Source: Chrysomallon squamiferum (Eukaryota; Animalia; Mollusca). From it: a stretch of 64,000 bases of DNA. The stretch covers positions 13,206,001 through 13,270,000 of the forward strand of contig CM022670.1 in the NCBI GenBank assembly GCA_012295275.1. The letters run 5' to 3'. A program made the translations under genes and the position numbers. This document shows positions 25,171-40,587 of this stretch, piece after piece; position 1 is the first letter of the stretch; the number at the start of each line of letters is the position of its first letter. Under the pieces are notes generated by a model. That model saw only the letters and a list, made by a program, of their open reading frames with translations. It did not search any database and was not told the DNA's origin.

Positions 25171-26893
25171 TGTAAAAGAGATATCACTATGATAAAGAGA
25201 TAACTCAAAGTTAGGTCGATTTGCCCTCTGCAGCCTACGTTTACTGAAACGAAGGCATCTTCAAACAGAGCGTTTCTGACGAAGGCGTGAACTTCTTTGT
25301 TCCACTGAATAAACACGTAACTGTACTTCCCCTCGGCGTTCTCGTTGTCGAATTCGAGGAGTATTCCTTTCTCTAACATATCTGTCGTTGACAGAGGACC
25401 CTCGATGTCCATGTGCAGCATGTCGCTGAGGTTGTCTTTCAAAGGTCTCAGCCGTCCTTCAACTGAATGCCCAACTTGGCGTACAGACCGTTGCCGTCTT
25501 TCGCTTCTTCTACGAGCAAGTTTCCGATCACTCCGTTTCCGTAAGTCCCGGTGTACGTCTTCGCCGACTTTTTCGTGGTCTCCGCATAGCCTCGGGTCTC
25601 TTCGGCTGGTTTCTCGCGCAGATCCAGCGCAGCCCAAGGTATTGGGAACGTGCAGGCAGTGGTGGCGTTGATCCAAGAACCATAACCCCTGAACAGTTCG
25701 CTGAGATAGTACATTATCGTTGTGATGGTTTTGAAGTTCTGTCCTGGTCCGTTTATGCTTACGAAGAAACCAGAGTTGATCCCTGGGACGAGCCACAGCA
25801 TTGACGAATAAGCGTTAAAGCTTCCTGTGTGGAAATACACTTTCATGCCTGAAAAAGAAAGCAACACAAAGTTTTAGATTAACAAGCAGAACAATCAAAG
25901 AGACTTAGACATAAGAACATCGAGATATTCATTTATATTATCTTGGATTTTATAATTCCCCCACAGTAATGCCGCCTCTTTTTACTAAATCTTGGATCAA
26001 CTGCAACCACTATTATTTGTAGGACTCTTTCCTAATTAGAGATGTCTGTGTGTTTGTTTGTGCGTGTGTGTGTGTGTGTGTGTGCGCGTGTGTATGTTTG
26101 TTGGTGTATATACATGAATATATAAAGGTCTCTTGCTGCTAATCATCAAATTTCATAATAATAATAACAACAACAACAATAATAACAATAATAACAACAA
26201 CAATAACAATAATAATAATCCTCATCATTCCTCATCAAACAAATAAACTCAAAATATTTTAAACCAAATTAACCTTCGTTAGTTAAAGCGTTTGAAATGT
26301 CACTATACAAACAGTTATGCATTATTTTTTATTCACTGTTTTACCCACCATGGAAATACCTCGTCATAAAGCCGAGACAATATGCAACTTGTATGTCGTC
26401 TACGGGAAACACGGGTGGACGTACTTCGCGAAAATCTCTTCGCTCTGAATTCAGCACTATCTGCTCGTCGAACATTTCCAAGAAATGCTTTCTCCTTGGA
26501 TTTCCCTCGTTGCCAATTGTAAACTTGTAACAAGAGGGTTAACCATTTCGTCATGTCTTCGGCGTTGGAACATATCGCTCCGATTGGCTGCATAGGGTTA
26601 AGTCTGCAAGGCAGAAAGCACTGGATGAAGATATATATGTACGAATGAATGAGTGTTGGTTTAACAAGTCGGTTACTATATAGTTGCAATTTGTGTGATT
26701 GCATGTGATGTTCTTCTGTAATGATTCATCGCACCAGAAACACGCCTGTATTACTGTCATGAATTACAGCTATATATTATATACATTCTCAAACACATAC
26801 ACTAACACGTATATATTAACATGTATGTATGTATGTGTATATATATCTGTGTGTATACGTGTTTGTGTATGTGTGTGAGAATGTACGTATGGA

Positions 26894-26936
<43 letters not shown>

Positions 26937-27675
26937 CTTATGGATACAAACAGTGCATGTGCACCCCAAGTAAATCCACCAAGGAGAATAGAAAAGCTAA
27001 CCCATGAAGCAAGTGAATAGCGATCTTCGTCTTCGCTAGCTTCCGAACATTTCTGTTAACACATGTAAAAATAAGTGATTGATACGGGCTCACCTATAAA
27101 TAGAATTATCCTGAACTTGCAGACGATCGCTGGTGGAATTGTGAAAATGAGGTAGGGCGGTGTTGTTTTTTAGGAAAAAAGCTCTGTTTAACCACGTTGA
27201 TGACGTCATGCCTAGAGGTTGAAATAGCTTCTCTTGGAGAAGTTGTTCCCATGTCTGCCCGGTTAGCTTTTCAGTCACGTGACCTGCCAACGTATTGAGA
27301 ACATTGTTGTAAAGAAATCTGTCACGGAAAGCATAGTCGCTGCGCAGTAATTTCAGACGTCTGAAAAATGAAATTTAAAAGAACTGTTTGAAAACTGTTG
27401 AATAGAAGCTGAAAACAAAACTATTCCAACACCGTCAACGGAAACAAATTAATGATATTAAATAAATAATATATATATAAGAAGAAGAAAGAGAGAGACA
27501 ACCTATCAACAACAATAAATATTATTAATAAAAAGAAAGAAAGAAAAATGTAAAGAAATCAATTAAAAAAAATATATATATATAAATAAATAAATTAAGA
27601 ATTAAAAATATAAATAAATAAATAAATAATAAATAAATAAATAAACACATAAATAAATAAATTAATAAATTAAAT

Positions 27676-27714
<39 letters not shown>

Positions 27715-28874
27715 TAAGAAATTCCCGGGCTCTGAAAGTGGACAGTGTTATTTGTCATAATTATATCAACATAAATGTAATACCAGATTCCTTTGTTTTC
27801 CTTCAAAGAATTTTTATTTACTGTTAATTTTTTTTTTTTTTTTTTTAATCTTAAAAATAAATGAAAAACGTGTTTTGTGATACAGTTTACAAATTAACAT
27901 ATTCCAGATAACTTATTTGCAGATGATCGATTTATATATATATATATGTATATTGCTGTTATTTGTAATATTTGTATATGTTTGTTTACTATGTACTGTC
28001 TGATTTGTAAAATGACTGGAAAACACAAAGCGAGTCTAATATTTTTGTGTAAAATAACATTGAGAGAGACAGACAAAAAAAAAGAAAAAAAAAAGAGAAA
28101 TCGCCAGTTTTGAATCTCTTACTTCGAAAAGTCGTCTCTGGTAAAATTATCGGGAAAACCTGCATAAACTGCGAGGTCGGCTGTCATTAATCCAGTCCGA
28201 TGAGAAACGACGTCTTTAAGCGTGGTCAGCGACAACCCGCCCTGTCCTTTGTTGAGAATGTAGTCCGGTCCTAACACGTCGGTGAGTTTCGTGTCCCACG
28301 TTAGGCTGTGGAGGAAAATAAACAACAACAACAATTGAGGTGACGATCGCAAAAGGTTGTATTGACACACATGTAAAAACAACATTCCCAAAATAATAAC
28401 TTTCATATGTGCAAGAACAACATAAAATTGTATAACCATACAAATAAATATGCATTGCATGTCATAATTTTCATAGAATATTTTTATAAAACACTTTTCT
28501 AACAATAGCAGCTTAGACGTTAATTTTGTAGACTCAGAATATTATTCTAATTTGTTGGTTTTTGGGGTGGGTTTTTTAAGATTGTGGAAAACAAAAGAAT
28601 ATATATATATATATATTTCAGAACTTTTTGGGTGGGTTTTTAAGATAGTGGAAAACAAAAGTATATATATATAAACAGAACTTTCAAAAAAAAAAAAAAT
28701 ACCAACAACATTATAATAATATTATGAGCCTACAAAATTCTGAGCAAAGAAAATAACATTATATTTATTTTATTTTTATTGTACGTAATGCTGGCTAACA
28801 TGGACTCTGATACGGAGTTGGAAATAATGTTTATTTATATTTGTTTATACCAAATAAGCAGCTGACGATCCCGC

Positions 28875-28929
<55 letters not shown>

Positions 28930-29199
28930 CGGCAAGTGCTCTAACCACTGAGCCATAAGAAGCTTGAGCAACTGTGACTGATCTAGCGAAACAAATACAA
29001 CCACTACTACAAATGATTTAGACAACTGTAGACTAACTAACTAGAACTAATTAGTTTTGGCATTTAGTTTATTTATAAAGAGTACTTAGCCGATGATTTC
29101 AGAGAAAAAAATTCTATAATGACAGCTTGAAGCATTCCTATGAAGAAGTGCCAAAGACTGTGTTTCTCATTTCTTTAGTTCTATTTTTGTTATTTATTT

Positions 29200-29286
<87 letters not shown>

Positions 29287-30031
29287 TTTCAGGAAAGGGA
29301 TAAAAGAATCAATTTTAAATCTGTAAAACACATTAAATCAAATTAAAGGTCCGATTAATTACTAACTTAAAATGAACATCGAAATGTAACAAAGTGACGA
29401 AGAAGATTTTAGGTTTTATTTCTTTTCTTATACTTCATTTGTTTATGTAGTCGATATCACCGCAAATAAGATGATATGTCAGTAGAAGTTAATTATCCCG
29501 ATTCTAAACGAAAATATATATAAACTTCATCTATTTATTTGTCTAGAAACAAATACATCATGTTCTGACCAGAACTCTTTTGGCGGTTGGCGTGCTTGAA
29601 CCTTAATCCGTGAGACGTGATCCATCCATACAAAACAGAACATACATATATATGTTTAGTAGAAATCATAAATATGGTTTTATTACAGAACATACTCACG
29701 CTTTTCCTTCAAGAGTGGTTACGTTGTTCTCCATAAGGTCCACAAGAATCGCTGCAGTGAACATTTTGGAAATAGAACCAATATTAAACAACGTCTGCTT
29801 GTCCACCTTTCTGCCGCTTTCAACGTCAGCGACGCCGTATCCAGCAGCAAAAGTGCCATCTTCGTTGACGACGGCCAACGTCAATCCGGCAATGTGGCGA
29901 CATTTAACAATCTTTCGCATGAACTTGTCGATTTTGTGCCTGTTTTCGCCAGGCAGCTTCGCAGACTGCAATAACGGCGCGAAGAAAAGAAAAAGAACAA
30001 ATGAACAAGGAATTGTTTTTCCGAGATGCAT
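25134..30031 (-). pseudogene. Serine beta-lactamase/PBP-like paralog C with two frameshifts (pseudogene or assembly errors)
   Basis: Exons are 30031-29700, 28305-28123, 27360-27094, 26603-26349 and 25848-25134, with a signal peptide, FNIGSISK, FLYNN and FHTG. Homology to paralog B changes frame near 26525 and near 25458. Confidence 0.8.
28560..28684. repeat. Short direct duplication (~60-65 bp x2)
   Basis: TTTTGGGTGGGTTTTTAAGAT.GTGGAAAACAAAAG..(TA)n..CAGAACTTT occurs twice. Confidence 0.75.
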
Positions 30032-33000
30032 CGTGACGGAACTGTCTAGCGACTGAACTCGTTGCATTCCAAACAACGCGCTCGAAAGAATTTTGTTTAC
30101 ATCGGACTGACAGTTGGTAGTGTTCTTTATTAGTTTATATTTTAAGCAATGGCTCCACGAATAAAACGGAAGGCGGAAGAGACGGTACACCTCTCCTGTG
30201 TAATTCGATAGCTCTACGTTTATCATTCAGAATTAAAAGCCGATCTTAGAGCAAGGACGATCGTTTTTTTTTTTTTTTTTTCCGTTTGTTTTTGTTACAG
30301 AAGCTGCGCCAAATAGTCTCGAAATGTGACGATGTAAACTGAAAAAGAGGATATTTTTGGTTTCTCCTGCGTTCGTTTATTAATTTTATATGTGGTACAG
30401 CTGTGAACGATTGTCATAGAAAACTGGCGAAGCGGGATAAAGATTTGTTGTCCGAATACGTGAATGGGATGCTGTGGGATTCTGAGGGCCGGTGTAAAAA
30501 GCCTCATCGGAGATAACACTTTGTAAAATTCTAACTTATAAAAAAAAAAAGTCATGTCAATGGGAAGATGATTACAAACGACCCTTTGTTCGTAGTCTGT
30601 AAATCTAATTGCAACAGCTCTTCATTCCTGTTTCATGGTATTCGGCCATAATTACGAGTGACGCCATATAACGAAGAGTAAAATCTTTCTTTTATTTAAA
30701 ATAGCTGTAAAACCTATTTGTATCAGATATTTTACTTTGTTTTCTTTTTTCTTTTTTTTTATTGTTAATAAAAATAAGAATATTATGGTACCTTCAAACA
30801 AAAACTATGTATAATTATTTTGTTTTAGACAATTTATTTAATGCCATTTTACATTTCTATTTAAAATCCTGTTATCAGATGGCAGCATGCCAGAAACCAA
30901 GGAAACGATGAGGTGGGCTGACTTTTCTGATGAACGTGGTGACATAAACAGTTTATTTAAACAGGTCGTAGTTTGCCGGTTCGAGATGTCACCAAAAACT
31001 CGATGTTTCGAATCGTAAAAAGAAATGGCGACTGATCTTTGTCTCTTTCCAGGCAATATATACATATAAAGAGAAACATTTAAAAATAAAATTCTAAAAT
31101 AAATAAAAACATTAAATAAAAACTTTGGACTTTGAATAATATTCGCGATATGACATTTCCACCCATTAATAAAAAATTACTTTATAACTTTGGATCATTA
31201 TCTTGGGGCAAAAAAAAAAAAAAAAAAAAAAAACTTTTAGTGTGGAGACTAACAATATTACCTTGGTAGCGTCGAGATCTTATTTCTATCAAAATAGAAT
31301 TTCATTATTTTGCCAGATATTAAAAAAGTGCAGAGCGAAGTCTAAAATGTTGTTTGAAAATTCCCACATATATTGAAAGTTAAGGCACCTTTGACGAGTA
31401 TACAATCCAAGACAGTAAGTTTCGTGTATAAGTCAGATATTCGTGTTGTTAGTTTGAGAGAAACCAGGACATTATATTTGTCTTACTCATCGGTTATAAA
31501 ATGTGGGGAGGAGTCGGTGTAGAGAAACGATCGCGGTGCCTGCCAGTCTTGAGTCAGAAAACTAAACCAGTACGTCACAAGGCGGCTGTGGCAGTTGTTA
31601 ATATGGTTTAGTATAAACGATATTCCATTTTAAATTTACATTTAAGGCAGATTATATTGCCTTACTAATTTTTCTTCATATTATTGTTGTTGTTTTATTA
31701 ATTTTAATTGTTTTTCTCTTCTTTTTTGTTTTGTTTATTTTTTTTTTTTCGATTTTTTAGTTTTTATTATTATTTGTTTTTTTTTTTTAAAGTGTATATT
31801 TATTTATTTAGTTAATAATTTAGTTAGTTATTATTCTCTACGGCATCTTCGTCATTATCTACATCAGCCACATAGTCATCACTGTCGTTGTTTTCATCAC
31901 TAACTTCAGTTCTCAACCGTACGTATTTTTGACTAGTTACAAGAAGACGTATACATAAAACAGTGATCAAATTAACAAATATACATACAAACATAAGTAA
32001 CTTTCTATTACAGGAACAACAGGTGGAAACTGTTATAACCATTCTCGTATTTCTCAGGCATGCACTTACCTCTCAGAATGTCGTAAAAACAACGTTAAAT
32101 GTGACAGAGATTAATGACTCGGGTTTCGGTTATTTCCCCGAATACAATTTAATTTCTTAAATTATTGGATTTTCTGAACTAATGCATGCTTTAGTTAAAA
32201 GAGGATTCATAATGTGAAGTTTAAAATAAATGAAATCGAGTTTAAAAAATATAAATAAATAAATAAATAAATATAAAATAAATACTGTCTCGTAATTAAA
32301 AAGAATGTTAAAAATGATGAAAATAACAACAGTGACGACGAGAACAACAACACGTAACAACACTAGCACCACTACCAACAACAACAACAACGACGACAAC
32401 AACAATAACAACAACAACAACAATCATAATCATAATCATAACAACAGCAATCAAAATAAAAGAAACAAGAAACAAAGGACAAAAACTTTTCACCCCACAT
32501 GATCACGGGTGATGGCAATGAAAGACCAATTATTTCTCTTCGAGTCTTTAGAATTTTATTATTATTATTATTATCAACATCACTATCATCCTCATCTTCA
32601 TCATTATTATTAAATGCGTTTGTGTGTTTTTGAGATGTTAAAATTTTTGCTAAACGGTGTCGAAGTGTGTGTGTGTGTGTCTGTCTGTCTGTCTGCCGTG
32701 TGTCAGGTTTTGAGAATCTGGTTTGATAAATAACAAAAGCCATCTCTATTTACATACATACAGTTCTGTATCTTTCCTTTTGTATTTATTTTCTGCAGGT
32801 TTAGAGACTCAGGCTTTGCTGATTTGTGTTTCAGTCCGATGAATTCTGAATCGCATTATGACATGCTACTACTACTACCACTACTATTACTAATAATAAA
32901 TGTTAGTAATTTCTTTGTAACTTTAGATAATTATAGTAAATGTAAACCGTATTTTTTCAATGCAATATTACTAATTCTTTATTATTTTTCTGAAAAAAAA

Positions 33001-33762
33001 CAACAACTTTGAAACAGTTTTGTTTAATAATTAAATCATGCAATTATGTCTATGTGTCGATTTGTTATATATGTATATTCTTTACAAATTCAGATACCTT
33101 TTAAACATACATTTAGTTAATTAAACTGAAAGAAGAAAATAAACAACGATGTCTAGTTTATGTCCATTTTTTTTTTTTTTTGTACTAATACAGACATTTA
33201 TTACGTAGCCTTTGTTTGTCAAGTTTTTAGCAGTTAAAAGAAAACTTGTTTATTTTCCGTTTTTGCACTTGCATATTTTACTCAGAACCCATAAATTACA
33301 CGTGTTATCTTACCAAAAATCGAATACATGATAATATTTATTTCCTGAATCAGTGATTTAACACAGGGACGTACGTATACGCTAACAAGATAGAAAGGTG
33401 AATAGTTTAGTCTCGATTAATCCGTACGCATTGCAGAAATATGGCTTACAGCGTTGTTTTGCTGCGAGGTGCCTCGGTATATCGTAACTTCGTCTTCCTT
33501 TTCGACTCGTTTTTACATGATCTTACTGATTTATAAACTGTTAATAACGATAACACTGCATTTTCATATTACACAACGTTCTTTCATATTTTCATATAAC
33601 ACAACATTTTTCATATTTTCGTATAATACAAGTTTCTCCACGAAGGAAGGAATTTACAGCGTCTACGACACATCCGTCACATTAGCGTACTCGAAGTTCC
33701 TGGTTTTTGTGTATGTGCGTGTGCGTGTTTGTTGCGGGCGGAAGGGTTGTTTGTTTGTATAT

Positions 33763-33823
<61 letters not shown>

Positions 33824-34286
33824 CATGTATGTGTGTATGTATATATGTATGTATTCAGATAAATAAAGAAAATGAAAAACAGACACACAAATCTGTAGTG
33901 AGTGTTGAATAAAATGCCATCTCAACATGAAGGTTTTTTTTATTAACTGTCCTGAAATAATGGTAACTGGATAGCAGGTAGAAAAACTCAACACTTACTG
34001 AGTTATCATACATTCTTTGCGATAGATGGTTCTTTGGGTCGTTTCGAAATAGAGGCGTTATGTAGCACGAAACAGTGAAAAATAATAAAATAATATTTAT
34101 ATCTTTTCCATTTAATGTTTTCCTTTATTTATCTTTCTTACTGTTTTTTTTTTTTTTTTTTTTTTTTTGTTCTGAATAATTTATTTTAAATTTTATGTTA
34201 AATAAAAGAATAATTTAATAAACCTCAGCTGCATTCCAAGATGTTTTCGACTCAACTATTAATAATAATAATAATAATACTAATAA

Positions 34287-34318
<32 letters not shown>

Positions 34319-36291
34319 ATAATAATAATAATAATAATATAGCAACAACACCAATAAGGAAATGTTTGTATCTAATTTGTAAATTCAGTTGAGATGCTTT
34401 TTCATTTTTTTTTTGGTTTTTTTTTTAAATGATTCTTTTGAAGCCTTAAATATTTAACGCGTTATAACTTCTAATTACAGAACATATATTGGAGGAATTA
34501 ACTTTTTTCTTCTTTCTTTCTTTTTTTTTTTTTTTTTTTCTATTCTCAAAAATTATTCTTCGTCTTTTGGATAATGCGATTCATGAATGCCTCATCTCAT
34601 TTTCTAGATGGGCTATATTCGCACAGACATCTTCAGTTATTGAATGAACGAAGACAGAATCTCGTCAGCGATTGGCTGGAAACCGAGACGCATCACTCAA
34701 GACTGTGAATAATATGGGTTTTGTGTTTACTCAGTCCGCCACTGGAATTTCAACTGGAAATAGATCCATCGACCACCACTCCATTTCCTAAGTTCCTAAT
34801 TGCTCAACTTTCACGCGACAAAAAAATGTCGATTGATCCGCTGCTGAAACCATATTCATGTCCAGTGGGCACCCTTAGGATCTCTGGTAGCACACCGAGG
34901 TAGTCCCTTCCCCTGGAGGTCGGAAGATAACCGACTGCCAACTTTTCTGATTCTTCTACCGTAAACATTTTAAAATTCTGTTATTATTACTATTATATAT
35001 CTCTAACAAAAAATAAATAAAAACTAAGATGCATCGTCAGTACAGGCATTAGTTGTAACTTGTTATATAACACATTATTAGATTAAATATCTTCTTTTTT
35101 TTTCTCTTTATTATTATTATTATTATTATTATTATTTTTTTTTTTTTAAAGAAATTTAAAATATTTGCCGAGTCCCACAAATCACCACGAAATACTTAGT
35201 AAATATAAGTGTATGGAAAGTGCTGACTCGCTTACAGAAAAATGTCAAAAGAGCGCCATCTCGCTCTTGTTAAAAGCATTAAGTATCGTTAAGCGTTAAT
35301 GAATTTGCCTTCAAGTGCGTGCTTCAGTCATATCTTTAAAATCATCACCGATATGTTTTACAAACAGAATTATCATTATTCATTTATTTGTTTATTGAAA
35401 ATAAAATCGTCATATTCAAACTGTAAAGTCCATAAATGTGGGATTTCATTATGAGAAAATTTGTACACAAAAAAAATAAAATAAAATAAAATTTAAAAAG
35501 TCGTATAATCACTATACTTATCCTGGTTTGTTCTTAAAATGTGATTTTTATCATTATTCAATATTTAAGACCAAAAGCATATAGTCAACAATAGGACTTG
35601 AATCACTTTAATCATTTCACGGAATGCCTGGAATTTCCAGTCATTGACACGTATTAACTGGTGGTCAGAATAACTTTGCGAAATGGTTTATTTAGACATT
35701 TTTCGCGTTATGTCCGGTTTCAGAGACTGAGAGCAACATATAAAATCCTATCTCGGTGCTATAATTCACACCAACGAAAAATCATATGTAAAAAAGAAGA
35801 ACAAATAATAATAATTAAATGTAAATAGATAGATAAATAAAAACGTAATCCACTTACGCTAAATGTCAGATATGATCAATATAATAGGGGTATCATTACC
35901 AAGAAAGTCAAACTTTTACCTAATCAAATCATAACGTAAATCCATGCGCCTTAATGTTAGCACCGATTAAACAAATAAATTAGATTGGGAAATGAAACAG
36001 ATATTCTTTACAGTGATGACAGAGTATATAGTTCACTCCAGATCACATAAACAGTGAAAAACTCATTACAGAATACTGTTAAAAGCAAACAGAAATCCGA
36101 ATTGTATATCAGAAGTTTTGGTTAAGAAAATGGGTTGGATTGGGAAAATCATGCCAGTAATTTATCTCAGATAATAACTCGACTGAGAGACAGAGACGTA
36201 TCACTCGCTACAAATAAGCTACGCAATGAAAAGATTCAATTACAGAATGCTGTAAAAATACAACGTAAATTCGCATACACTAAACAGAAGA

Positions 36292-36334
<43 letters not shown>

Positions 36335-36449
36335 GTATGGTTTATGTTACTCTGATTACTTATTGTAGGCACTAATCCAATGATGCTTAACGTGTGCTAT
36401 CAAGCAGAACGCTTACGGTAAACTATCTTTCACTGCTATGGGGCTAGAA

Positions 36450-36504
36450 CAGAAACAGCAGCAGACGCATTCAAAATGGCGTCCGTGCACCTACAGGAGT
36501 AAAG
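36450..36504 (+). promoter_or_regulatory. Putative first (5' UTR) exon of the downstream large gene, with a YY1-like motif and an 8-codon uORF
   Basis: CAAAATGGCG motif; ATG at 36476 to TAA at 36502 (MASVHLQE*); strong donor AAG|GTAAGC at 36504/36505; lies near the CpG-rich to CpG-poor transition. The 5' boundary is approximate. Confidence 0.5.
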
Positions 36505-37898
36505 GTAAGCGACGAGTGTCGACTTTTATTGTTTTCCCAGCTATCTCTTTGTGCAAAAGTCTCAGAACGTTTCTTTTTAAAACATACAAGATTCTCGGGA
36601 ATTAATTTTGCTGTTTGCTTCTCTGCATTTAAAGTTTTATTGTGTAAACAAAAATTAAGTAAACTTCCGAAATGAAGTTGGGGGATTCCCTGATAGAACA
36701 GCGAACGTGATACACTACTGAATAAAGCTCTTCATAGGAACACAGGCATCCAGCTTCAAGTTTATATTTGCAGCAAGAAGTGTATTTTAAAATATACTGT
36801 GTGCTATTTTACATCGACAGACGTACGTTTTATTGGAAGTTAAATACGTAAATAAATTTTTACTTTCCAAAACTTAAACTTTTCAAGACTAATAAAACTA
36901 AGTGTAAAATTTCGCAGACGTACAAATTAATTTATTTTAAAAATTTAGTTGTTTTAATATTTATTTTTAAATTGTGTTTGTTTAGTAATTTATTTATTAA
37001 ATTAGCCTGAAGATATATAGATTTTGTTTATTAAATTAACTTTAATTAATATGTATTACAACAGTAAAATGAAACGAATTTTTACAAATGTAATTTATTA
37101 TTATTATTATTATTAATTTTCTGTTTGAAAATACAGTGTTGTAATTATAATTAGTTCAATAAAATAATAATAATAATAATAATAATAATAAGAGAATACT
37201 GGACTCTGTGTCATGTTTTGTTATATCATAAGTAAATAATACTTAAAAAAATAAATAAATGGTAAAAATAATAACTCCTTTAAATATTTTTTATATATAT
37301 ATATAAAATTCCATTACTCCATCCTCAAAAAAAAAAAAAAAAAAAAAAGAAAACACACAATAATAATAATTATTATTATAATAAAGAAATAAAAATAAAT
37401 AAAAATAAATATATAAATTTAAATAATAATAATAATAATAATAATAATAGTAATAATAATAGTAATAATAATAATAATAAAATGAAGAAAATAAACAACA
37501 AAAAAAAAAAAAAAACATTAGCTAACTGCTATGATAGTCATGCATTATCTATTTTTTTTTCTTTCTCTGTCATGATTTTTGCGACAGTGTTGTGTTTCCA
37601 CCCCATTAAATCAGGTCTGCGGAGGCCTGTATTACTGTGAGAGGTGCTTGTTTGGATTATGTCAGCAGTGGGTGTGAATCGGTAATCTTCATAAAGCTCT
37701 CACGACTTGTGTCGCCCATTCTGTTTGCATTGTGACATGTGTCAGAACAGCAAATCACTTGCTGAGTGCATTATCTGTCTGATCTCTCCTGCGTTTTGTG
37801 ACATGTGAAAAGTGTATGTAGAGTAATTCGTTCCTAAAGCTCAGCGATAATAGTTTTTAGTTTTACTAATCCAGCCACCAAAAAACAAAAATTACACC

Positions 37899-37947
<49 letters not shown>

Positions 37948-37952
37948 GTGAA

Positions 37953-37992
<40 letters not shown>

Positions 37993-40587
37993 GTGAAAAT
38001 AATAATAATAATAGTGGTAATGATGATGATGATGACAATGATGAAGGTAATGATGATGAGGTTGATAATGCTGTTAAGATAAAAATGTTAAAATACTGCT
38101 TTTGTTAATTAATATTAGATATTGATGATGATAATGATAGTATTAATGATAATGATGAAGATCTGTGATAATGATAAAATGTTCTAATAAGCACTGTATA
38201 CTGTGAAAACAAAACATTAAGCATGAAGAAGGGACAGTTATTCATTAAAAAGGTCAGTAATGCTACTTTAAGCAGCCTAGGCTCAAGATAATGAAAAATA
38301 CTATAAATATTTCTCTCACTATGTCAGTATATATAGTATTACCTATTGTATATGTTTTCATTTTTATTTGTTTTACTTTTCTGTAATCACCTTATAGTTT
38401 TAATTACTACTATTAATCAGAAATATCTGTACTTCTCATTTCTATCCAACCATCCACTGGTGTTTTGTTTTCTACCATCTCAATCATCATTTAATTATTA
38501 CCTTTTTAAGTAATATTTTATATATTACTGAGTTTTGTTATCTGTACAGACACAGAACAAATTGAAATTATGTAGCTGAATGTTAGAATTGAAAGTACGG
38601 TTTTGGTTTGTGCTCAAACATCATATCACAGACATTGGTAGACTAGTGTAATTATGTTTGTGTTGAGAAGGCCTCGGGTTTGACTCAGTCATGTCTGTCA
38701 ATTTGCACCTGTCAGAATGACTATGTCAGGTGTAAGTTATTTAAGGCAGCACATTTTAAAAAAATAATTGAACAGATTTTTTTCATCAGTTCTTCCTTTT
38801 TTTTTCTTTTTTCAAGGTTACTGTAATCTTAAATTATTGTTAAGTCTCTGACTGCATGAAATTAACAAGGCTTAGCAATATTATTGTGAAATATGATAAA
38901 AGTACATTTTGTCATTGTCAGCAATCACAACAACAACAACAACAACAAAATAATAATAATTCAAAAAATTAATTAATTAATTAATAATAATAAAAATAAA
39001 ATGTAATTATTATGACTTTTATATCAGGCTAAATTTACATACAAAAGGTACCATATTGCCTTGCTGTTGAATATATATTTTTGGAACAATCCTTTTTCAA
39101 CTGTCAGAAAGAAAGAATGCCATAATCAGTCTATACCTGTTTGTTTCTTTTCCTCTTTTTTTCTTTTTCTTTCCTTTTTTAACACAACCATTCTAGATAG
39201 TTCTAGGATGTTCCAAATTCTTTCATGAGGTTCTCATTGGGCAAACACTGTAAATCACTGAATTTCATGCACATTTCATTTCAGATTTAATAATTATAAT
39301 AATTATATATGTATGTAAGTACTTATGTATGTATGAATGTATGTATGCATGCATGCATGTATGTATGTATGTATGTATGTACGTACGTACATCTGTCTGT
39401 CTCTTTCTATATATATCAATGAAGGGTCCTTATTTGTTTTTTTTAAATATCCATTCATCTCTGAATTCAAACAGTTAATTACATCTTTTTGGCAACTGAA
39501 ATCTACTATAAAATTTTCCTTTACTTATTTATTTTTTACCTATATATAAATATAATAAAACATTGTGCCAAGAATATGTAATTTGTCATTTGTGATCTCT
39601 ATGTGTTTTTGTCAAACCAAAAAAATTACTTATATATATATATATATATATATATACATACAGAATCAATATTTCCTGAAGATATAGCAGAATGATGTCA
39701 CAGTCTTCAGCCTGTTTGCTAAGCATGATGGATAACAATATCTTAAATACCAATTCACTGCAGATAACAAGATACATGTAATTCAGAAAAACAGAAATAA
39801 TCTTTGCTTTCTGCCTTTAAGTTATAAATACGTTTCATTTGTGTTTGGATGGTTTCTGATAAATGTTTATACATATAATTTTTAAAAGGTTGTGTATTGG
39901 ATTTATAAATACTTTTCAATATTAGAATTAGATATGCATAACTGTTACTAGGAAATATTGGTTTTCCTTGTAATTGTTATCATTACTTTGTTTATACATT
40001 AATTTAGTTTAAGATTTATGATATTGGTTTATTTTAACAACTATATGGTATGCTTCATTTGTATTTATGGTTTATGCATCATGTTTAAATATGTATTTGA
40101 TGTTATGTTATTTTGAATTAGCAGCTGTTATTGTGTTTTCACTTCAGATTTAAAACTGTTCAAACGTGTATTTTCTTTAAATTAACATCTATTACACTGA
40201 AGATTACAGTAATTCAGAACTGTTTTAATTCATATTTCAGATAACAGGATAACATGGTTGAAATAGAAGCAGGAATTACAGGAACATTGACATCAAGATG
40301 TCATGGATTGAATTTCTTGTCTGGATTTTACATGTGTTTCATTTAACCAACATGTGAAGTGTGGAAAATGAAAAAAGAACTTTGTTTTTCTTCACGTCTG
40401 CCTCTTTTCTCATTCTCCTCCAAAATTTTACTGAGTTTTCCCCCCAGCGTAACAGCTGATATTGAGTTCTAACCTTACTATAATTCTTACTGACATTTCT
40501 GGTTTTTTTTCCCCTCTGTTGTGTTTTTTAGGATACAAATTTTCTTTGCTTTCTACCCATGAATCCTCAGTGTATTCTACTATTACC

